A stretch of DNA of 64,000 nt from Candidatus Dojkabacteria bacterium (GTDB taxonomy: Bacteria; Patescibacteriota; Dojkabacteria; B142; WJKM01), in NCBI GenBank assembly GCA_014729085.1, contig WJKM01000019.1, positions 836 to 64,835 on the forward strand, in the 5' to 3' direction. Positions within the stretch are counted from its first letter, which is position 1, and the number at the start of each line of letters is the position of its first letter. The position numbers were made by a program, and so were the translations under genes. The notes below the pieces were generated by a model. The model searched no databases and was not told the origin of the DNA. It worked only from the letters and a program-made list of their open reading frames with translations. Of this stretch, positions 50,005 to 59,501 are shown piece after piece.

Positions 50005-50703
50005 GTGCAACCAAATAATCCACAACAACCAAATCAACAGCAACCAAATAACCCACAACAGCCAAATCAACAACAAGCAAATAATCCACAGCAGCCGAAG
50101 CAACAGCAACCGAACCCACCTACTCAACAAACACCAACAACTAATCAGCCCGCCCAATCTATGCAATCTAGTCAGCCTGCTCAACCAGCGCAGCAAACCC
50201 AAGCTCCTAATCAGCAAGCACAACCAGGAGCTAGTAATATTGCAGGGCCAATATCAACACCTACTACAACTCAAACACCTCCACAACAAAAAACCCCTGT
50301 CACACCGGGAACAAGTCCAGCAACAGGTGGAACTGCTGGAGGAGGACTACCACCTATTAAACCCAATAAACCAGCGGGAATGGGGAACTCACCAACTGGA
50401 TCAAAACCGAAGAATTCTAATGTAATGCTCATTGTAGTTGTACTATTCGTAATAATAGCTGGTATTGGAGGATTTTTAGGATACCAATTCATGTTTAGTA
50501 ATCAGCCTACTGATGAAAATCCAACACCAACTCCAACTCAAATGATTGAAGAAACCCAACCTGCAACACCAGATGATCTAATACCAACAAGCGGAGATAC
50601 ACTGGAGGAAACAGCAACACCGGAGGTTACAGAAATGGAAGAAGATGATTCCGAAACAATGCTTGATGAAGATATGACAGATACTGAAGCACCTGTTGAA
50701 TAA
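50005..50703 (+). CDS. Q/P/N/T-rich low-complexity protein with a single TM helix and acidic C-terminus
   Basis: MQPNNPQQPNQQQPNNPQQPNQQQANNPQQP...; TM VMLIVVVLFVIIAGIGGFLGYQF. Underlying imperfect ~30-33-bp nucleotide repeats. Confidence 0.55.
   Translation: MQPNNPQQPNQQQPNNPQQPNQQQANNPQQPKQQQPNPPTQQTPTTNQPAQSMQSSQPAQPAQQTQAPNQQAQPGASNIAGPISTPTTTQTPPQQKTPVTPGTSPATGGTAGGGLPPIKPNKPAGMGNSPTGSKPKNSNVMLIVVVLFVIIAGIGGFLGYQFMFSNQPTDENPTPTPTQMIEETQPATPDDLIPTSGDTLEETATPEVTEMEEDDSETMLDEDMTDTEAPVE
50008..50130 (+). repeat. Imperfect tandem repeats encoding (P-Q-Q-P-N-Q-Q-Q-x-N-N)n
   Basis: caaccaaataa(t/c)ccacaacagccaaatcaacagcaa-type units repeated about 3.5 times. Confidence 0.6.
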
Positions 50704-50822
50704 GAAAGAATAAACTTAAAATATTTTAAAAAGGGGTTCTGTAACTGGAGCCCCTGTTTATATCAAAATGGTCAGTGATATAATTGATCAAATTATTACT
50801 TTAAAATATAAGAGTATTTTCA

Positions 50823-53800
50823 ATGTTTAAACCCATAGATCCCAAGCAAAATTTTCCAGAGTTAGAAACAGAAATAATAAAATTTTGGAAAGAAAACGAT
50901 ATTTTTGAAAAACAGGTTGAATCAAAACCAGAAGATAATAAATTTGTATTCTATGATGGTCCTCCTTTTATCACTGGACTTCCACATTATGGACATTTAT
51001 TAGGAAGTATTGCAAAAGATATAATCCCACGATACCACGCTATGCTTGGTAGTAGAGTTGAACGTGTTTGGGGCTGGGATTGTCATGGGCTTCCAATAGA
51101 AAATAAAGTGGAAAAAAAGCTTGGTTTACGTAACAGAAGAGAAATTGAAGAACTAGGAATAGATAAGTTCATAAGTCACTGTTATGAATATACCAGAGAT
51201 GTATCCGCTGAATGGAATTGGTATGTAGACAGAATTGGAAGATGGGCAGACATGGATAATGCATATAGGACAATGGATCAAAACTATATGGAAACTGTAA
51301 TGTGGATTTTTAAACAACTTTACAAAAAAGATCTCATATATGAAGGTGTGAGAACTTCTCTTTTCTGTACAAGATGCGGGACTCCAGTTTCAAATTTTGA
51401 AATTGCTATGGATAATTCATATACAAACATGAAAGATCCTGGAGTTACAATAAAGTTTCAAATTAACGAGAATAAAATAAAAAGCCAGAATCCCAACAAA
51501 ACTATTTTTTTAATATCTGGGAAATATGCTTTTGCAAGTAATAATTACTTCCCAAGAATTAAAGACTTATTAGAAGCAAAAGGTTTCAATGTTCAGATTA
51601 TTGACCATAAAGAGCCAGAATCACCACAATTATCTGATAATTTAAAATTTTTTAATAAATTTGATTTTTCCAAATCAATTGTTATCACTCATTCACTTGG
51701 AGCTCTTACGCTGCTTCATCATCTAGCAGATAATCCAAATCAAAAAATCGATGAACTTATCATGCTTGCTCCACCACATCCAGAACGATATGGCGGATCT
51801 AATAAGGAATGGGCTGATAATTCAGGATATTTTGATGATGATACACAGATCAATTTAGATATAATTTCAAAACGAATCTCAAAAGCAACCATAATATATT
51901 CAGATGATGAACTGGTACATAAAAATGAATTCGAAGATTTAGCAGAAAAACTAAATGCTAAATTAATAATGGAAAAGAATAAAAAACATTTCTTTGCAAA
52001 GAATTATGAACATGAACCTGAATTTCTTCAAAAATATCTTGAAAAACTGCAAAATAAAGCTAATGCGAAAGAAACAAATAGTAAAATTCCTACTTATCTT
52101 CTAGCTTGGACAACAACTCCATGGACCCTGCCGTCAAACCGGGCTTTGGTTGTAGATCCAAAAGGAGATTACGTAAAAATACAAAGAGAAGTAGAGGTAA
52201 AAGAAAGAATTGGTGCAGGTGGATTTATTTATAATCCTAAGAAAAAGCAATTTTTAGTTCTAAAACACAAAAACGGGATAACTTTTACTTCTTTAGTACA
52301 AGGTGTCAAAGAAGAAGGTGAGACATATGAACAAACAATAATGAGGGAGGCAATCGAAGAAACCGGTTATACCGACATGAAGATTGTCAAGGAACTCGGA
52401 GAATCTCATTATCAATGGCCATGGAAAGGAAATACTATCAGCGACAGAAAATATAAATATTTTCTTTTGGAGCTTGAAAGTGGAAAAAGACAGAAACAAC
52501 AACTTGAAGAGGGAGAGGAATTTGAAATAGCCTGGGTCACCTATGATCAATTAATTGACCGTCTTTCATTTGATGATCTTAAAATATTCGCCAAAAAAGT
52601 AATCAACCATTATGAAGGGAAGGATGATGATCAGCTAATAAAAACAGAAAATTATATTATTACTAACTCCAGTTTTAAAGAGAACTTAATACTTGGAAAA
52701 AATCGTATTGAGGAAACTCTTGGAGACTGTGAATATAAAATCATAGAGGAATTTAAGGGGAAGAAACTATTGGGACTTTCATATGAACCTATATATGATT
52801 TTATCCCGGGTAATGAAAATGATTTTAAAGTGTATGCCTATGAAGATATGGTACAAGCAGACGAAGGAGTCGGAATTGTCCATTCAGCTCCAGGATTTGG
52901 CGAAATTGACAGTGAAATGGGAAAGGAGCTTGGACTCACTATGATGCTTACCATTAATGATGAAGGAAAATTCAAATCCGAAATCAAAGACTATTCCGGA
53001 ATGTACTTTAAAAAAGCCGATCTACCGATAGTGATCGACCTAATTAGTCGAAATATCTTGTTTAAACTTGAAGAGATTGAACACAGATATCCATTCTGTT
53101 ATAGATGCGAAACTCCCCTACTTCAAAAAGCACAGAAATCTTGGTTTTTGAATATTCAAAAAATAAAAGATAATTTAATCGAAAATAATGAATATATAAA
53201 TTGGGTACCCGATCATATAAAAGAAGGAAGATTTAAAAAGGGACTTGAAACTGCTCCTGATTGGTGTATATCAAGGTCTAGATATTGGGGAACCCCTATG
53301 CCTATTTGGCAGGCCAAAGATACAAATGGGCATATTACTGAAAGATTGGTAATAGGTTCTCGAGATGAACTTATGGAAAGAAATGACAAAATTACAAAAA
53401 TAATATTTGTTCGACATGGTGATCGAGAAGAAGGTCTCAATGGAGCTTTAACTGATAAAGGAAAAAAGCAGGCAGAAAAACTAACTGAATATTTAACAGA
53501 CCAGGACATTGACTTAATTATAAGTAGTGAGGTTGACCGTTGTATAAAAACTGCAGAACCTCTTTCTAAAAAACTTGGAATCGATATTAAAACTGATCCA
53601 AGATTTGGATCTTCAGAAAGAAAAAAACTTATAGATGACATAAAGAAAAAAGATAACACAACTAATTTTAGAGAACTATCTGACAAAGCCCTCAAGGAAT
53701 ACAAAGATCAGTTATTTGCAAAGGATAAACAGGCACTAATTGAATTAAATAAAAACTTTGAGGGTAAAACTATTGTTGTATTCACACATGCTGAGGTAAT

Positions 53801-55439
53801 TGCCTCTGCATCTCACATTCTCGAAGGAGGGAAATTATCAAATCATATGAAAAGATCCCCTAAACCGGGCGAACACTATACAATGTATATGTATGAAGGT
53901 GAATTACTTGATCTTCATAGACCAGTTATTGATAATATAGTTCTTAAAGGTGACAAAGAAAATGAATTAAAACGTATATCTGAAACACTAGATGTTTGGA
54001 TGGAATCTGCTTCCATGCCATACGCTCCAAAACATTATCCATTTGAAAATAAAAAAGATGTTGAAGACAATTTCCCAGCTGATTACATCTCGGAATACAT
54101 AGCTCAAACTCGTGCATGGTTTTACGTGATGCATGTAGTATCCACTGCTTTGGTTGATTCCCATTGTTTTAAAAATTGTGTTGTATCCGGTGTGATCATG
54201 GGAAATGATGGAAGAAAAATGAGCAAAAGCTTTGGTAACTATCCAGATCCTAAAGGTGTTCTTGAATCCTATGGTGGAGATGCATTAAGAATGTACCTGC
54301 TTTCAACACCATTACTAAAAGCAGAAAATGTTGATATTGATGAACAAGATATTAAGGGACAAATACGAGATTTTATACTCCCTCTTTGGCACACATACAA
54401 ATTTCTACTTACATATGCCAAAATTTACAATTGGACACCTAATGCAAATCTTATTAGTAAAGAAAGAGACAAACAGAATAAAGACAGCATTTGGGAAAAT
54501 GTTCCATTTACGGATGAACAAAATGAACTTGATAGATGGATTGTGGCTAGATTACAAAAATGTATTCGAGATATCAAAATTAAATTGGATGAATATGATA
54601 TTCCAGGAGCAACAAATGAACTCCCAACCTTTTTAAATGACATATCAAGATGGTATATTCGAAGATCTAGAAACAGATTTAAAAATGGAGACAGGAAAGC
54701 CCTTGACACATTATATTTTGTACTGGTGGAATATATTAAGCTAATCGCTCCATTTACTCCTTTTATATCTGAAGCTATTTATCAAAATCTCGTAAAAAAT
54801 TGTGAGGTTTTTGAAAATGAACCAGAATCAGTCCACCTTTGTGACTATCCAAGGCAGGATCTTGCCTATTTAGAAAATAATCTAGAACTGCTATTTAATA
54901 TGGAAACAGTTCGAGCAATATGTGCACTTGGGCAATCACTGAGAGTCGAAAATGGACTAAAAGTAAGGCAACCACTTGCAAAAATTGAAGTTAGTGTAGA
55001 CAGGGAAGTTGAGGAAGAGAGAGAAATTCAAACATGGATGAAAAAAATAATTAAAAAAGAGCTTAATGTAAAGGAGGTAGTTGAAATTTTAAGAGCAGAC
55101 GAACAATTGAAAGGAAACAATTTTGTTTCAGCAACTGACCAAAAAGCAAAGATAAAAATTACAATGGATTTAAATCTAACCGAAGAATTAAAAGAAGAAG
55201 GACTCTACCGTGAAATTGTTCGAAATATACAATCACATAGAAAAAAACAGGGGTTAAAATTTGGAGAAAAGGTTGGAATTACAATTTATTCCAAATCAAA
55301 GGAAATAAATAAATGCATGGAAAAACATGAGAAAGAACTAAAGAAAGATGTGACACTGTCAGATCTAATAATCGGAAAAAATGATGGAAAAGAAATCAAA
55401 ATAAATGGAGAATCAACAAAAATAAAAATAAACAAATAA
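50823..55439 (+). CDS. ileS: Isoleucyl-tRNA synthetase (type 2) with three inserted hydrolase domains, 1538 aa
   Basis: IleRS core: FVFYDGPPFITGLPHYGHLL (HIGH), WTTTPWTLPSN (CP1), SRSRYWGTPMPIW, DVWMESASMPYA, KMSKS (RKMSKSFGNYPDP). Insert 1 (~51468-52097): YdeN/RBBP9-type serine hydrolase with ITHSLGA (GxSxG) and KKHFF. Insert 2 (~52143-52637): Nudix with REAIEETG. Insert 3 (~53328-53987): histidine phosphatase with FVRHGDRE and VVFTHAEVI. Confidence 0.85.
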   Translation: MFKPIDPKQNFPELETEIIKFWKENDIFEKQVESKPEDNKFVFYDGPPFITGLPHYGHLLGSIAKDIIPRYHAMLGSRVERVWGWDCHGLPIENKVEKKLGLRNRREIEELGIDKFISHCYEYTRDVSAEWNWYVDRIGRWADMDNAYRTMDQNYMETVMWIFKQLYKKDLIYEGVRTSLFCTRCGTPVSNFEIAMDNSYTNMKDPGVTIKFQINENKIKSQNPNKTIFLISGKYAFASNNYFPRIKDLLEAKGFNVQIIDHKEPESPQLSDNLKFFNKFDFSKSIVITHSLGALTLLHHLADNPNQKIDELIMLAPPHPERYGGSNKEWADNSGYFDDDTQINLDIISKRISKATIIYSDDELVHKNEFEDLAEKLNAKLIMEKNKKHFFAKNYEHEPEFLQKYLEKLQNKANAKETNSKIPTYLLAWTTTPWTLPSNRALVVDPKGDYVKIQREVEVKERIGAGGFIYNPKKKQFLVLKHKNGITFTSLVQGVKEEGETYEQTIMREAIEETGYTDMKIVKELGESHYQWPWKGNTISDRKYKYFLLELESGKRQKQQLEEGEEFEIAWVTYDQLIDRLSFDDLKIFAKKVINHYEGKDDDQLIKTENYIITNSSFKENLILGKNRIEETLGDCEYKIIEEFKGKKLLGLSYEPIYDFIPGNENDFKVYAYEDMVQADEGVGIVHSAPGFGEIDSEMGKELGLTMMLTINDEGKFKSEIKDYSGMYFKKADLPIVIDLISRNILFKLEEIEHRYPFCYRCETPLLQKAQKSWFLNIQKIKDNLIENNEYINWVPDHIKEGRFKKGLETAPDWCISRSRYWGTPMPIWQAKDTNGHITERLVIGSRDELMERNDKITKIIFVRHGDREEGLNGALTDKGKKQAEKLTEYLTDQDIDLIISSEVDRCIKTAEPLSKKLGIDIKTDPRFGSSERKKLIDDIKKKDNTTNFRELSDKALKEYKDQLFAKDKQALIELNKNFEGKTIVVFTHAEVIASASHILEGGKLSNHMKRSPKPGEHYTMYMYEGELLDLHRPVIDNIVLKGDKENELKRISETLDVWMESASMPYAPKHYPFENKKDVEDNFPADYISEYIAQTRAWFYVMHVVSTALVDSHCFKNCVVSGVIMGNDGRKMSKSFGNYPDPKGVLESYGGDALRMYLLSTPLLKAENVDIDEQDIKGQIRDFILPLWHTYKFLLTYAKIYNWTPNANLISKERDKQNKDSIWENVPFTDEQNELDRWIVARLQKCIRDIKIKLDEYDIPGATNELPTFLNDISRWYIRRSRNRFKNGDRKALDTLYFVLVEYIKLIAPFTPFISEAIYQNLVKNCEVFENEPESVHLCDYPRQDLAYLENNLELLFNMETVRAICALGQSLRVENGLKVRQPLAKIEVSVDREVEEEREIQTWMKKIIKKELNVKEVVEILRADEQLKGNNFVSATDQKAKIKITMDLNLTEELKEEGLYREIVRNIQSHRKKQGLKFGEKVGITIYSKSKEINKCMEKHEKELKKDVTLSDLIIGKNDGKEIKINGESTKIKINK

Positions 55440-55497
55440 ATATTGCGCATTAAGCAAATATTATTTATCCTAGATTGATAAGGTTTTAAAAATAGAT

Positions 55498-56127
55498 ATG
55501 TCAAAAAATCCATTTCTGCACGATTTACCAAAACCAAAGAAAAAAATTACGAAAATTTTTCTTGATATTTTGCAATTTATAGTAATATTACTTGCCTTAG
55601 TAGTAGTTTGTTACTTATTTTTGGTTATTCCAAATCAAGTTGATGGAGATTCGATGTTGCCAAATTTCCATGATAAAGAACTATTATTGACAAACAAAAT
55701 AATACAACTAATTGGTGACAAAAAATTTATGGAAAAATATGACTATAACTATAAGAGAGGAGATGTTGTGATTTTCCAAAAACCTGACCACCCTGATTTT
55801 ATAAAAAGAGTAATTGCTCTACCTGGGGATAAAATTATGATTCAGGGAGGATATATATACATAAATGGCCAAAAAATAACCGAGGCTTATTTACCAAAAG
55901 ATAGACAAACAAGAACCTACTCCTTCATGTCTGAAGGCGAAACGAAAATCGTACCTGAAGATCAATATTTTCTTATGGGAGATAATAGAAACAACAGCAA
56001 AGACTCTAGATTCTCAGATATTGGTTTTGTTTCAAGAGAACATCTTAAAGGTCGAGTTTTTCTGAGATATTGGCCACTCGACTCTTTTGAGGTAATAAAA
56101 ACCGGAGAAATAAACTATTCTAATTAA
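55498..56127 (+). CDS. lepB: Signal peptidase I
   Basis: GDSMLPNF (catalytic Ser), KRVIALPGD (Lys) and GDNRNNSKDSR boxes. Confidence 0.85.
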   Translation: MSKNPFLHDLPKPKKKITKIFLDILQFIVILLALVVVCYLFLVIPNQVDGDSMLPNFHDKELLLTNKIIQLIGDKKFMEKYDYNYKRGDVVIFQKPDHPDFIKRVIALPGDKIMIQGGYIYINGQKITEAYLPKDRQTRTYSFMSEGETKIVPEDQYFLMGDNRNNSKDSRFSDIGFVSREHLKGRVFLRYWPLDSFEVIKTGEINYSN

Positions 56128-56138
56128 CTTCTTTTAAA

Positions 56139-56810
56139 ATGCAGAAAAATAACAAACCAGAAAAATTTAAGAACTTTCTTAAGGAAACAGCACAAACTAT
56201 TATTACTTCATTATTATTGACCTTTTTCATTTATCAATTCATTGCACGGCCGAATCAAGTAAAAGGTGCATCCATGATCCCCAATATTCAACATAATGAA
56301 TTAATTTTTACAAACCAAATGAAGCATATAGTAAGCAATACAGCCCTTGGGCACAAAATGCATTGGGAATACAAAAGAGGTGAAATCGTTATATTTCAAC
56401 TCCCCGGATACGAACCGTATATTAAAAGAATAATAGCTCTTCCAGGAGAAAATATAACTATACAAAATAGAAAGGTTTATATAAATGGTAAACTCTTAAT
56501 TGAAGAATATTTACCAGAGGGAGAAGTTACTTTACAAGGGGATTTTCTTACTGAAGGTACCACCCGCAGGGTTCCTGCGAATTCTTATGTTATGCTTGGC
56601 GATAATCGAACAAATAGTCGCGATTCAAGGTATTCATCTGTTGGTTTTGTACCGCATGCATACATAATTGGTCCAGCAGCTTTAAGGATATTGCCCCTGA
56701 CAAGAATTGGGTTTGTCCATATTGGAGATTATCATCTTGATTCAAAGCGTAAAGTACTTAATATTAAACCACAGGGTACGGAAATATCAGGTGAAATTTT
56801 AGGAGAATAA
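56139..56810 (+). CDS. Signal peptidase I (tandem paralogue)
   Basis: GASMIPNI, KRIIALPGE and GDNRTNSRDSR. Confidence 0.85.
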   Translation: MQKNNKPEKFKNFLKETAQTIITSLLLTFFIYQFIARPNQVKGASMIPNIQHNELIFTNQMKHIVSNTALGHKMHWEYKRGEIVIFQLPGYEPYIKRIIALPGENITIQNRKVYINGKLLIEEYLPEGEVTLQGDFLTEGTTRRVPANSYVMLGDNRTNSRDSRYSSVGFVPHAYIIGPAALRILPLTRIGFVHIGDYHLDSKRKVLNIKPQGTEISGEILGE

Positions 56811-56825
56811 ATTAATAATATATTC

Positions 56826-57602
56826 ATGATTATTTCATTTGCAAATCAAAAAGGTGGGGTTGGAAAGACAACTACAACTATTAATCTTGGTATATATTTA
56901 GCTGCTGCTGGAAAAAAAGTATGTCTAATAGATATTGATCCTCAATCTAATCTCACTTCAGGCTTAGGTTATGGAGCTCATAACTCAGAAGAAGATAACC
57001 AAAAATCAATCTATGATATTTTAGTAAATAAAGCAAAAGTTGAAGAAGTCATATTTAAAACTCGCTTTGAAAATATCCATCTAATTCCCGCACATATTGA
57101 ACTTGCTGGCGCGGAAATTGAATTGGTAAATATGGTATCCAGAGAAAATAGCTTAAAAGAATCTCTGGAAGCAATAAAACAAAATTACGATTTTATTTTA
57201 ATTGACTGTCCGCCTTCACTAGGATTATTAACAATTAATGCATTGACAGCTTCGGATGAAATCATTATACCTGTCCAAACTGAGTATTATGCCTTAGAAG
57301 GACTTGGGCAATTGCTTAATACAGTTAAACTCGTCAAAACAAAATTAAACTCAAATCTAAAAATTGGCGGTGTGATTCTCACTATGTATGATGCAAGAAC
57401 AAATCTTTCTAAACAAGTAAGTGATGAAGTAGAAAAAGTATTTGGAGATAAAGTCTTTGTATCAATTATTCCAAGAAATGTTAGATTGTCTGAATCCCCA
57501 TCTCATGGACAACCAATTAAGGAATACGCCCCAAGCTCAACGGGAGCAAAAGCATATGAAAAGCTAGCTAAAGAATTTATTAAAAAGAAAAGTAATTACT
57601 AA
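56826..57602 (+). CDS. ParA/Soj-family ATPase
   Basis: Deviant Walker A FANQKGGVGKTTTTINLG; overall ParA length. Confidence 0.85.
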   Translation: MIISFANQKGGVGKTTTTINLGIYLAAAGKKVCLIDIDPQSNLTSGLGYGAHNSEEDNQKSIYDILVNKAKVEEVIFKTRFENIHLIPAHIELAGAEIELVNMVSRENSLKESLEAIKQNYDFILIDCPPSLGLLTINALTASDEIIIPVQTEYYALEGLGQLLNTVKLVKTKLNSNLKIGGVILTMYDARTNLSKQVSDEVEKVFGDKVFVSIIPRNVRLSESPSHGQPIKEYAPSSTGAKAYEKLAKEFIKKKSNY

Positions 57603-57621
57603 TATTTCTTAACTCAAAACT

Positions 57622-58224
57622 ATGCCTAAAAAATGGAATAAATTTTACAGAAAACAAGGCAGATTTTACCTACTTCCACATCCTGATTTTAAAAAGGTAG
57701 TGGATATTTTCAAAGAAGATAAAATATTAAAAATAATAGATATTGGTTGTGGTAGCGGCAGACACTTAATTGAACTTGCCGAAAATGATTTCCTAGTAAC
57801 TGGCCTAGACTACTCACCTATAGCTGGACATATTGCAGAAGACTGGCTTCATCAAAAAGATCTCAAAGGAAAGGTTTATATTGGAGACTACGAAGAGGAC
57901 TTAAAACATTTCGAAGACGAAAGTTTCGATGCAGCAATTTCTGTAAATAGTTTACAATACGTAGATTCAATAGAAAAACTACAACATATATTAAAAGAAA
58001 TTAGAAGAATACTTAGAAAAAATGCAAAATTTTTCTTAGTTTTTCCCTCACAATCCACGCTTATAATCCAACCAAATACCACACAACTATTGTTGGAGAA
58101 ACATGAAATAGAAGCTGTTATTTCTAAATTTTTTAATATTCATGAATTTTATCAGGATCAAAATAAAGCCTGGGTAATATTTACTTCAAAAACAGACGAT
58201 AAACAAAAAAATTTAGACAATTAG
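57622..58224 (+). CDS. Class I SAM-dependent methyltransferase
   Basis: Motif I IIDIGCGSGRH; post-I acidic residue LDYS. Confidence 0.7.
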   Translation: MPKKWNKFYRKQGRFYLLPHPDFKKVVDIFKEDKILKIIDIGCGSGRHLIELAENDFLVTGLDYSPIAGHIAEDWLHQKDLKGKVYIGDYEEDLKHFEDESFDAAISVNSLQYVDSIEKLQHILKEIRRILRKNAKFFLVFPSQSTLIIQPNTTQLLLEKHEIEAVISKFFNIHEFYQDQNKAWVIFTSKTDDKQKNLDN

Positions 58225-58280
58225 AATTTATACAGTATAATTAATCTATTCGACATTTAATTTATTAATAATCTAACTAA

Positions 58281-59474
58281 ATGATTTATTATGTGGTTCC
58301 TGAATTAAAATTACAACCTACATGGGGAGGAGACTATATTTCAAACAAAAAAAATCTCAAAATTTCTGATTCCAAAATTGGACAAGCCTACGAATTTTAC
58401 TCCGAATCCAAGGTGATTCCAGCGCATTTACTTAAAGATACAGCAGCATCGAAATATCCATATATAGTGATTGATAAAGATAATAAAAAAGATGAATCTG
58501 CTTTAAAAAAGTATAAAAAAGATGTAAAAAAATTAAGTAAATTGAAAATGAAGGAAATTTTTGGACAAAAAGATATTCCCAATATACTAATAAAATTTTC
58601 TCAAGCTAAAGGTACTTCGTTTCAGATTCATACCAAGGAAAAAACAAAGAAATTCCTACCAAAACCAGAAGCCTGGTATTTCTTTAATAAAGGGAAAGTA
58701 ACTTTAGGACTAAAACCAAAAATAGATATAGATGAATATAAAAAAACATGTAAAAACATCTATAAACTCACAAAAACAATTTCCAAAGAAGTAAAAAAGA
58801 AAGATAAATCCATAGAAGAAGCAAGAAAGGAATTAAGTCAATATATAGAAATGAATAATCCACTTGAATATGTCAATACTGTGATTCTAGAAAAAGAAAA
58901 AATAGTCGATAATACTTTAGGTGGGATCCATCATTCTTGGGAAGAGGATGAAGCTTTAATTCCTTTTGGCAATATTATTTATGAAGTCCAACAAGATGTA
59001 AGTGATGAAAAATCCACCATTCGGGCATACGATAAAGGGAAACTGCTTGATGATGGTTCTCATAGGAAATTACAAATAGATGATTACTTTGAAAATATCA
59101 AAAAAGGTCGAAAAAATAATAAACCTAAAACTTCAATTAAAGCAAAAATTAGACTCAAGGAAGTGAAAAAATGGACTCTAAATAAAATTTTCGACACAAA
59201 ATATTTCCAAATGGATGAATTACTAGTTAAAAAAGATTATGATGTGGAAAAATTAGGTTTCAGACATATATTTGTAAGAAGAGGAAGTGGAAGCTTAATT
59301 ACTGAGGACGAGGAGATTGAACTACAGACTGGATGCTCTTATATCCTCCCCCATAACACACAAGAGGTCAGAATTAAGAACGCAAAAAAAGTTGATCCTA
59401 AAGACCGTACAAATAAAAATGCCCTTGTATTATTATTAACATACAAAGAATTCATAGATTTAGAAAAAAAATAA
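58281..59474 (+). CDS. Cupin-type (class I mannose-6-phosphate isomerase-like) protein, Lys-rich
   Basis: N-terminal LKLQPTWGGDYISNKK...GQAYEFYSES resembles the Bacillus-type PMI-I N-terminus (K..IWGG......G...SESTGECWAIS). The rest is very K-rich. Confidence 0.4.
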   Translation: MIYYVVPELKLQPTWGGDYISNKKNLKISDSKIGQAYEFYSESKVIPAHLLKDTAASKYPYIVIDKDNKKDESALKKYKKDVKKLSKLKMKEIFGQKDIPNILIKFSQAKGTSFQIHTKEKTKKFLPKPEAWYFFNKGKVTLGLKPKIDIDEYKKTCKNIYKLTKTISKEVKKKDKSIEEARKELSQYIEMNNPLEYVNTVILEKEKIVDNTLGGIHHSWEEDEALIPFGNIIYEVQQDVSDEKSTIRAYDKGKLLDDGSHRKLQIDDYFENIKKGRKNNKPKTSIKAKIRLKEVKKWTLNKIFDTKYFQMDELLVKKDYDVEKLGFRHIFVRRGSGSLITEDEEIELQTGCSYILPHNTQEVRIKNAKKVDPKDRTNKNALVLLLTYKEFIDLEKK

Positions 59475-59501
59475 AAAACTTAAAATCTTAACTGCCCTTC
59501 G

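Noticed and set aside
49984-50223. 79-aa minus-strand ORF (LLWL-repeat) opposite the Q/P-rich gene
   Set aside because: It is the reverse-complement reading of the CAA/CCA repeat, a low-complexity artefact.
53213-53704. 163-aa minus-strand ORF inside ileS; similar antisense ORFs at 52293-52550, 54425-54709 and 55286-55537
   Set aside because: They are antisense to a continuous, motif-rich 1538-aa ORF and have typical AT-rich shadow-ORF composition.
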